DNA of 32,000 bases from Staphylothermus marinus F1 (GCF_000015945.1 NC_009033.1:1260001-1292000), one strand, 5' to 3'. Counted from the first letter of the stretch, positions 19,877 to 26,629 are shown. Notes: generated from the letters alone by a model not told the origin. Program-made: numbers and translations.

Positions 19877-19900
19877 TTTCTCTTGTCCAACTATTTCTTG

Positions 19901-19906
19901 TATAAA
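19901..19906 (-). promoter_or_regulatory. TATA box (TTTATA on minus strand) for the tRNA 5' half
   Basis: Exactly 24 nt separate it from G1 of the tRNA (19876), which is typical archaeal TATA-to-start spacing. AT-rich context lowers specificity. Confidence 0.55.
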
Positions 19907-20004
19907 TAAGCTTTTAAATTTTACCGAATAACTAACGTTTATAATATTAGGTGCAGAGATTATATTTAAATTCCATAATCAACTTTTAAACTATTGATAA
20001 GCGG

Positions 20005-20604
20005 GTGATAAATTTGGTTACTGATATAAAGAGAGAAATAGATTTAAGACCTACGACAAAGATCGAAAACATAGTTGCCACAGTCATTCTTGATCAATCC
20101 CTAGACCTCAACCTTATTGAGAGCCGTGTCCCCAATGTTAGTTATCAACCTGATCAATTTCCAGGTTTAATATTAAGATTAGAAAAACCAAAAACAACCG
20201 CACTAATATTTAAATCTGGCAAAATGGTTGTAACAGGTGCCAAAAGCACTCAACAACTAATAGATGCTGTTAAGAAAATAATTAAGTTGCTGAGAAAATA
20301 TGGTATTAAAATAGTTTCAAAGCCTCGTATACAAATCCAAAACATTGTAGCGTCCGGAGATATTAATGCATACATTAATTTAGAGAGAGCAGCTTATCTA
20401 TTAGAAGACAGCATGTATGAGCCGGAACAATTTCCAGGCCTTATTCATCGTATGAGAGAGCCGCGTGTTGTCCTATTAATTTTCAGTAGCGGAAAAATGG
20501 TTATTACTGGTGCAAAGGAGGAAAGTGAAGTAGAAACAGCAGTTAGAAATATTGCTAAGAAACTATTAGATCTAGACTGTTTATTACCGAAGAAAAGCGA
20601 ATAA
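20005..20604 (+). CDS. tbp: TATA-box binding protein
   Basis: Two direct repeats, each with IENIVA/IQNIVAS...EQFPGL/DQFPGL...F.SGKMV.TGAK. The start is GTG 20005 or TTG 20014, after GCGGGTG. Confidence 0.95.
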   Translation: MINLVTDIKREIDLRPTTKIENIVATVILDQSLDLNLIESRVPNVSYQPDQFPGLILRLEKPKTTALIFKSGKMVVTGAKSTQQLIDAVKKIIKLLRKYGIKIVSKPRIQIQNIVASGDINAYINLERAAYLLEDSMYEPEQFPGLIHRMREPRVVLLIFSSGKMVITGAKEESEVETAVRNIAKKLLDLDCLLPKKSE

Positions 20605-20653
20605 TAGGGTAGAGTTAAAAATATTACATAATTAAAACATTATACAGCTCTGA

Positions 20654-20714
20654 ATGATGACGTGGGCAGCCTAGGACCAACATCGTAGGGATGAAGACCC
20701 TAGTCTCACACTGA
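20654..20714 (+). ncRNA. candidate C/D-box sRNA
   Basis: ATGATGA (C, 20654..20660) ... GGGATGAAGA (C'-like, 20691..20697) - 13 nt - CTGA (D, 20711..20714). GC-rich island in an AT-rich intergenic region downstream of tbp. The D' box is not convincing (AGGA 12 nt after C). Confidence 0.45.
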
Positions 20715-20817
20715 ATTACCTTTCCTAATAATGTTCCACTACATTATTTCTTTTTTAGGAGAAAAAACAATACAATTTTAATGAATAATTTTCAAATAGA
20801 TCTATTACCATCATGAT

Positions 20818-21264
20818 CTATAAAAGCAGTACTAATTTATTACCACCAGCTCTTTTAGCTTTTCTTAACACGCGAATAGCTCTTCTTCTACCTGGTGTTC
20901 CATGATATGCTTCTCTCCTGTTTTTAGCTTTTCTTCCTAAAACATAGTCTCTAATAACTACAATAGTGATAGATGCACCAACTCTATTAACTTCGTCTTT
21001 TATAACTTTCAGATCCTTAACGATCTCATTTATTTGTTCATATCCATACGGGATCTCGAGTATTGTTTCTTCTGTGCCTCTTTCATAGTCTAATCCATAT
21101 ACCACAACTGCTCTCCATTTTCTCACAAAATTTTCAACAAGACTCGTTAACATACCTGTTACAGTATTAGGTCTATATTGGTCGAGACCATGCTTAACAG
21201 TATATTCTTCGAAACGATCTAGATCTAGAACTATGATTATGCCTTCAACAAGCAAAGCTTTCAT
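20818..21264 (-). CDS. minimal stand-alone GGDEF-like / palm-domain nucleotidyl-cyclase-fold protein (GGDEF replaced by GTEET)
   Basis: 148 aa. VLDLDRFEEY (cf. DxDxFKxxND), ERGTEETILEIP (cf. RxGGEEFvvixP), ASITIVVI (cf. TvSiG), AIRVLRKAKRAGGNKLV (cf. ADxALYxAKxxGRNxV). Same order and spacing as the GGDEF consensus as I remember it. The ATG overlaps the upstream gene's stop (ATGA, 21261..21264). Confidence 0.5.
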   Translation of the reverse strand: MKALLVEGIIIVLDLDRFEEYTVKHGLDQYRPNTVTGMLTSLVENFVRKWRAVVVYGLDYERGTEETILEIPYGYEQINEIVKDLKVIKDEVNRVGASITIVVIRDYVLGRKAKNRREAYHGTPGRRRAIRVLRKAKRAGGNKLVLLL

Positions 21265-22370
21265 CTTATTCTTTCATTTTTTAAAAATATGTTATCGAGA
21301 AACCTCAACCTTTTCGGTATAGGCGGATGGCTACTGAGAACTTCTTTTGCTGGATCAACTGGTGAGTTCTTTATCTTCTCTATTACTTCATCAATATCTC
21401 TATAACTTATGTTCTTTCTATAACTATATGGGTAGAAGGGGTTCGCGATCGCGTCTGTTAATGCGTAAATGAAGAGTGTCCTTAGCTTACTGGAGTCTAT
21501 GTGTTCCCGCATTTCTTTGTTATATGAATAATACATGTGTAGCTTAGCTAGTGCTCGTTGCATCTCCTTATTTCCAGCAACATATGCTCCATGAGCATCT
21601 GCATAGTATTCTCTTAACCTACTAAAAGCTAGAATGAATACTTGTATTATTAAGCTCAATAAAATAGCTCCAACACCGAGAAGCAGTAACAATAATGGAT
21701 TTCCTCCTCTTTCTTGCCTACCATATCCTCCTGTAAGACCCGCTCTCATAAAGACAAGGCCTAGATAATATATTATACTCGGTATAATCCCCATAAACAA
21801 CATTATGAAGTTATCTCTGTGCTTATGATGACCAAGCTCATGCCCTATTACTCCTAATAACTCGTTTCTATCAACAATACCCAACATACCCGTGGTTACA
21901 GCTACATATTTGCCGGTCAAGAAGTTACCGTATGCAAAAGCATTAGGGGGACCATTAACAATCATAGCTTTGGGAGGTTTCATACCTGCTCTTCTAGCAG
22001 CTTCATCAACTAGCCTCTGTAGCTCGGGATCATGCTGTGCTCCATAAGATACATTGATGATTACTGGAGAAATAATATACATTATTACATTCATTATTAT
22101 AACGAAAATAATCAAGTCTGTAAATAATATGCTGTATCCCAAGTTCTCAATAATTAGCCATAGAATATATATCGCTGAAAATCCTCCTACGAAAACTATT
22201 GCACCTGCAATATACATTGATGTATAAAATGAAAACTTATTCGATAATTTTCTAGCAACTCTCGGAGCAATTAAGGAAGCAATAATGTTGAGTGTTATAA
22301 ATCCTATTATGTATGCCAGAAACATTGCAACAACTACTAGAGGATCATAAAACCACCATATCATGATCAC
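21261..22370 (-). CDS. htpX: M48-family zinc metalloprotease, HtpX-like, integral membrane
   Basis: HELGHH (HExxH), downstream REYYADAHG (third ligand Glu), C-terminal SSHPPIPKRLRFL, and multiple TM helices on either side of the catalytic region. Confidence 0.8.
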   Translation of the reverse strand: MIMIWWFYDPLVVVAMFLAYIIGFITLNIIASLIAPRVARKLSNKFSFYTSMYIAGAIVFVGGFSAIYILWLIIENLGYSILFTDLIIFVIIMNVIMYIISPVIINVSYGAQHDPELQRLVDEAARRAGMKPPKAMIVNGPPNAFAYGNFLTGKYVAVTTGMLGIVDRNELLGVIGHELGHHKHRDNFIMLFMGIIPSIIYYLGLVFMRAGLTGGYGRQERGGNPLLLLLLGVGAILLSLIIQVFILAFSRLREYYADAHGAYVAGNKEMQRALAKLHMYYSYNKEMREHIDSSKLRTLFIYALTDAIANPFYPYSYRKNISYRDIDEVIEKIKNSPVDPAKEVLSSHPPIPKRLRFLDNIFLKNERIR

Positions 22371-22512
22371 ATACCTCCCGCTCCTATTCTACTATCCCAT
22401 AATAATGTATAGGCCCATATAAAATCTCACATTAACATCCCCATTATTTATAAGAATTCATATATGAGCCTATACAAGAATATTAAGGTACTACTGAAAT
22501 TATATATAGTAG

Positions 22513-22574
22513 ATGTTGAGGCCGACATAGTCCAACCCCTTATGTAGGGGGATGAAGAAGGGTCGATTATCTGA
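22513..22574 (+). ncRNA. candidate C/D-box sRNA
   Basis: ATGTTGA (C variant, 22513..22519) - 12 nt - CCAA - internal hairpin CCCCT/tatgt/AGGGG - ATGAAGA (C'-like, 22552..22558) - 12 nt - CTGA (D, 22571..22574). GC-rich island in the divergent intergenic region. Shares CCAAC...GTAGGG..ATGAAGA with the 20654..20714 element. Confidence 0.45.
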
Positions 22575-22620
22575 AGAGCAATATGGGCGTGAATATGATG
22601 CATTATAGGGTGCAAACATA

Positions 22621-23637
22621 TTGGCTAAGGAGCTTAAAAAAATTGAGCTCGAATTATATGAGGGAATAGATGATATTAGCGAAAAGATAAGAAGCAGTGC
22701 TTTCGAAGCATATATAACTTTGGAGGGAATGTTTCAAGGAATTATAAGGGTAATAGGAGAAGATATAGCAAGTGTTTTTAAAGAATTAATTAGTAAGAGT
22801 AGCAGAAAATGCATATACAGCAGGATCAGTTTACGAAAAGAAACTGGGACATGGGATGAGCTTGGCATACTTGTATGTAATGGTATAGCAATAGCTGCCT
22901 CAGGGGAAATAGATAATGAGAAATTGTCGGGTATAAAATTATTAGAAAAAATAGCTAGTAGAATAAACAAGAATATTTATTCAGCCGGGGTAATTGAGAT
23001 AACAGAGATATCATTAGACTTTATTAAGAAAAGACTAGGTATCAATATTGATAATTTTGTCTCCACAGAGTCATTAGAAAAATCAGCATCCGAGAAAAAA
23101 CCTTTAAAAACTCAAAAATTCAAAGAAGTCGGTAAAATAATTGAGCCAAAAGAAATAGCTCCAGCCGCCACTATACCAGTCGAAACTTCAACATCGAAAA
23201 CAGCTCCCTTACCTGTTGAATTAGCGAGACAAGTTCTACCGCCGCAAGTCCTCGCATCTCTTGGTTTAACAAGGGAAAATAAACAAGTATTAATTGAGGA
23301 TAAAAATTTTCAACCTATTAAGGTAAAAGAGGCAATATCTATTGATCAATCAATACTTGAATTCAGTGATAAAATGATTAAATATGCATTCGAAAACCAA
23401 GTAAATATATCGCAAGCAATAATTAGAGGAGATAATGAAAAACTTGTTGTAGAAGTCATAGTGGCTCGATTAGGCTTTGCACGTAAAAGACAAAAAATGA
23501 TAAGCCTAGCTAATAACGTAGCAGAACTAATTAGAGATGTATTAGTAAAAAGTAATGTTAATGTTAAAAAAATATCTGTGATAGTCCGCCACGGATTCGA
23601 TGCTGTAAAAGTATCGAGGGATCTATCAGCGAAATAA
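22621..23637 (+). CDS. hypothetical two-domain protein with a Pro/Ala/Thr/Glu-rich central linker
   Basis: 338-aa ORF. TTG start follows GGTG. N-terminal domain ~150 aa, linker (EPKEIAPAATIPVETSTSKTAPLPVELARQVLPPQ), C-terminal domain ~110 aa. I recognise no motif. Confidence 0.5.
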   Translation: MAKELKKIELELYEGIDDISEKIRSSAFEAYITLEGMFQGIIRVIGEDIASVFKELISKSSRKCIYSRISLRKETGTWDELGILVCNGIAIAASGEIDNEKLSGIKLLEKIASRINKNIYSAGVIEITEISLDFIKKRLGINIDNFVSTESLEKSASEKKPLKTQKFKEVGKIIEPKEIAPAATIPVETSTSKTAPLPVELARQVLPPQVLASLGLTRENKQVLIEDKNFQPIKVKEAISIDQSILEFSDKMIKYAFENQVNISQAIIRGDNEKLVVEVIVARLGFARKRQKMISLANNVAELIRDVLVKSNVNVKKISVIVRHGFDAVKVSRDLSAK

Positions 23638-23644
23638 ACTACTA

Positions 23645-24544
23645 TTATAATCCACACATTAAAAAAGCAGTTTCTATATCTTTAAATTCAATAACCGATA
23701 TTCCTTTATTATCTAATTGATAATTATCGATGATGACTAGATCATCTGAAACAATATTCTCAATACCAAACTCAACATCTTCAACTTTTTCATATTCTAT
23801 AGAAACAATAACTCTCGCCTTATTTAGGATGCCATACTTCTTAATTAGAGGCGATAAGTAATTATTATGATCGAGAGAAATAGATGTTCCCGGATGATAC
23901 GCGCTCATTGCCGGCAACACGATTATCTTGTTTCCAACAGTAGTCGGCACTATTAAGAAAGCCGGGAATTTATATGCATTAAAACATCTTAGACTAGGAT
24001 GTTCATGTCCAATCACTACTAAATCATATTTAGATATATCTTTTTCTAAATGTCCATGAATAAAGAGTGTTTTGTAGTTATTAAAATATAATTCATATTC
24101 TCTCATTAATTCTATACCATAATCTTTCAGAATTATTGGTAAGAAATTATCATGATTTCCTCTCACAACTATTATTTCCTCGATACCATTAGACAATAAA
24201 TAATTAAATAGTTCTCTAATTTCTTCTCTTTCCTGCCGGAGAAGCCTATCAAATGCATGTTTGAGATCTCCGTTTATCAGTACACGTTTAGGCTTCAAAT
24301 ATTTAAATACAAAACTTAATGTCTTCAATGTATTTCTTAGCTGGATTTTCGGAATAAACATTCCAGTATAGCTTGTCGAAGCTCTACGACTACTATAATC
24401 TAAACCCCTAGCTACTGATTCCTCAAAACCTAAATGTACATCTGAGAAAATAATCATGTTATGGCTTCTAGAATAAAGAATAGGAGTTCCTAAAACTATA
24501 TGGAGATCAATATCTTTTTCTCTAAACAACGGTCTCAATATCAT
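23645..24544 (-). CDS. metallophosphoesterase (SbcD/Mre11-related archaeal family)
   Basis: Motifs FSDVHLG, NGDLKH, VRGNHD, IHGH, GHEHP. 299 aa. Confidence 0.7.
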   Translation of the reverse strand: MILRPLFREKDIDLHIVLGTPILYSRSHNMIIFSDVHLGFEESVARGLDYSSRRASTSYTGMFIPKIQLRNTLKTLSFVFKYLKPKRVLINGDLKHAFDRLLRQEREEIRELFNYLLSNGIEEIIVVRGNHDNFLPIILKDYGIELMREYELYFNNYKTLFIHGHLEKDISKYDLVVIGHEHPSLRCFNAYKFPAFLIVPTTVGNKIIVLPAMSAYHPGTSISLDHNNYLSPLIKKYGILNKARVIVSIEYEKVEDVEFGIENIVSDDLVIIDNYQLDNKGISVIEFKDIETAFLMCGL

Positions 24545-24611
24545 TTATAGAGACACCATCGAATAAAGTTGTATTCAAAAATGTTTAGAAGGTTATAGAA
24601 AATTATAGAAG

Positions 24612-24676
24612 CGGGCCCGCCGGGATTTGAACCCGGGACCTACGGGTTAAGAGCCTCGGCTATCGGCTGGCCCCCC
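24612..24676 (-). tRNA. tRNA-Lys(CUU) 3' half-gene: 22-nt leader (24676..24655) plus exon covering positions 31-73 (24654..24612)
   Basis: Minus-strand read: GGGGGGCCAGCCGATAGCCGAG | G CTCTTAA CCCGT AGGTC CCGGG TTCAAAT CCCGG CGGGCCC G. This gives an anticodon loop with CTT, the 3' anticodon stem, a variable loop, a full T-arm (TTCAAAT), an acceptor 3' strand fully complementary to GGGCCCG of the 5' half, and discriminator G. No encoded CCA. Confidence 0.9.
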
Positions 24677-24702
24677 TATTTTGAGGAATTATTATTATTG
24701 GA

Positions 24703-24710
24703 TTATTAAA
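24703..24710 (-). promoter_or_regulatory. TATA-like box (TTTAATAA on minus strand) for the tRNA 3' half
   Basis: 26 nt separate it from the first G of the leader (24676). It lies just downstream of the radical-SAM gene stop. AT-rich context lowers specificity. Confidence 0.45.
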
Positions 24711-24724
24711 TCTTATTGTTTTAA

Positions 24725-25768
24725 TCAAGTTTCTCCTACAATTCTGCCTATTAATAAACAATCTTTATCGTTTATTATCCTAACATAATATGTATGATCG
24801 ATCTTTTTTCCTCCACCATAGATCGTTATGAGCCATTCTTTTTTAACTGCTACACCTATATATTCTCCTCGGAAAAGACCTGGAGATACCGTCTTTACAG
24901 CAGTAACATCGTTCTTCCTATAAGGACATGGGTAACGTTTCCTTTTCTCCATACCCCATTCACTCATTTCCCAAGATACTTTGAGTCCAGTGGCTTTCTC
25001 TATTTCTCTAATTTTCCTCCAGAACATTCTCCATTTTAGAGGTTTTACTCCTGGAACCTTTCTTCCATACTTATGTATATTATATTTCTGAATAGTTGCT
25101 GGCGGCCATTTTTTGCCGGCGCCAATTCTATATGCCCACTTAATAACTTCTATAATGTCATCATCGTTAATACCTGGTATCCACACAGGTGTAATATGTA
25201 GATCTATGTTTGTTTCCTGAACAATATATTCAGCAAGCTTTTTAACTTTATCAATATTAAACCATTCTACTCCCTGCAACAATTTTGCTTTCTCATTATT
25301 TAGGGTATCTATACTTAGATTTATACGGTCTAGGCCGGCTTCATTTAACTCATCTATGAGTCTATGAGATAAAAGGGCTCCATGTGTTTCTAAAGCTATG
25401 CTTGAAATATAGGGACTTCTTTTCAGCTTCTTAACTAGATAGGTTAGATAAGGATATGTTAAAGGGTCTCCTACAGTATCAATTAATGCCTCCACACCAC
25501 CTCCTTTAAATCTAGCAATTTCAATAGTTGCTTCATATATAGAATCAGGATCAACTATGAATTCTGCTCGTCTATTCCTACTATGTGGACCAGCATCTAC
25601 ACTACAGAAGATACAGTTTAATGGACAAAGAGTTGTTGGACGAACTTGTAAAACATTCGTTCCTCTATCGATCACTCCAAAACCAATGTATCCATATAGA
25701 GGTGTTCCTTTAACAAAGTATAATGGCCTATTTCTCCAAACTACTCCGATAATCTTAGTCTCTAGCAA
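24725..25768 (-). CDS. radical SAM enzyme (uncharacterised archaeal family)
   Basis: CPLNCIFCS (CxxxCxxC) near the N-terminus, a TIM-barrel-like region with GDPL, and a C-terminal beta-rich extension. 347 aa. Confidence 0.75.
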   Translation of the reverse strand: MLETKIIGVVWRNRPLYFVKGTPLYGYIGFGVIDRGTNVLQVRPTTLCPLNCIFCSVDAGPHSRNRRAEFIVDPDSIYEATIEIARFKGGGVEALIDTVGDPLTYPYLTYLVKKLKRSPYISSIALETHGALLSHRLIDELNEAGLDRINLSIDTLNNEKAKLLQGVEWFNIDKVKKLAEYIVQETNIDLHITPVWIPGINDDDIIEVIKWAYRIGAGKKWPPATIQKYNIHKYGRKVPGVKPLKWRMFWRKIREIEKATGLKVSWEMSEWGMEKRKRYPCPYRKNDVTAVKTVSPGLFRGEYIGVAVKKEWLITIYGGGKKIDHTYYVRIINDKDCLLIGRIVGET

Positions 25769-26303
25769 TATTCATCACATATTCAGTATTGATTGGAGGT
25801 ATTGTTTCGTGTTTAAGAATCCAAGAACTGGGATCACTTATTCCCTTTATATATAGATAATGTGTTGAAACCGCCCCATTTTCATCTATGAATCTATAGA
25901 TTTTAACAGGTATCCAGCCGGGGATTGGGAGATTATAAGCAATAATACGTGTTCCTTTTCTCAATTCCTTACTATATTTCAACGCTAGTTTTCTGGATAT
26001 GCTGGGATAAAGGTATTGATAAATAACAGTTGCGAATCCTAAATAAGTATTGAAAAAATCTTCTTCTAGAACTATAATTCTATCATCTAGCCCCGCCTCT
26101 CTAGCTTTTAAACTTATTAAAGCCGAAAATGAAGGATCAATTTCAACAGCCACTGCTAATGCTCCTCTTCTTGCTGCTTCGATCACTGCTCTTCCATCAC
26201 CCGCACCCAAATCATATAAGACATCTCCTCGACCAACTTTTGCTAATTCTAATGCATTTCTAACAGCTGTATAAGAGCTCGGAATATACGGTACCTTACC
26301 CAT
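25755..26303 (-). CDS. class I SAM-dependent methyltransferase
   Basis: Motif I VLYDLGAGDGR, then AVEID. 182 aa. Its 3' end overlaps the radical-SAM start by 14 nt, so the two are likely co-transcribed. Confidence 0.7.
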   Translation of the reverse strand: MGKVPYIPSSYTAVRNALELAKVGRGDVLYDLGAGDGRAVIEAARRGALAVAVEIDPSFSALISLKAREAGLDDRIIVLEEDFFNTYLGFATVIYQYLYPSISRKLALKYSKELRKGTRIIAYNLPIPGWIPVKIYRFIDENGAVSTHYLYIKGISDPSSWILKHETIPPINTEYVMNIARD

Positions 26304-26629
26304 TTAAAACACCTTATATTATCTGGATTTTTAGCATAGCAGTTTAATTTAAAATTGCTTTAAACAGTTTTCTAAAATTTTTTATTCTTTATACTTATCT
26401 AAGCCCAACTTAGTAGTCAGGACTCACATACATATAAATAATTATAAATAATGAAGAAACTAATTCATCTTATAATTAAGCTTACTTAACTTAAATTAAT
26501 GTTAGTTTCGTTGAGATTTAGGTGCCTAGTCTTCATTAATATTTTTAAGCGTGGGAAAATATAAATGCTAGAGAACAAGTTATCTATGAATGTATCGATA
26601 TTGTTAAGCAAGGGTGTTCACTAACTGAG

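Noticed and set aside
19828-24676. Alternative reading of the two tRNA pieces as att-site remnants of an integrated element or as decayed pseudogenes
   Set aside because: Att remnants duplicate an overlapping 3' segment as direct repeats flanking mobile genes. Here the pieces are exactly complementary and non-overlapping (1-30, 31-73). Both carry non-tRNA extensions that pair with each other and build a precise BHB. The intervening genes are housekeeping, with no integrase.
25140-25160. ATGATGA on the minus strand inside the radical-SAM gene, with further ATGATGA strings at 31655 and 6795
   Set aside because: They lie within coding sequence (for example encoding DDD/II), without D boxes at the proper spacing. 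Not sRNA candidates.
26520-26545. Minus-strand AATGAAGA followed by CTAGGCACCTAA in the long intergenic region before the ABC ATPase genes
   Set aside because: It is C'-box-like, but there is no D box 12 nt downstream and no partner C box. This is likely chance in AT-rich DNA.
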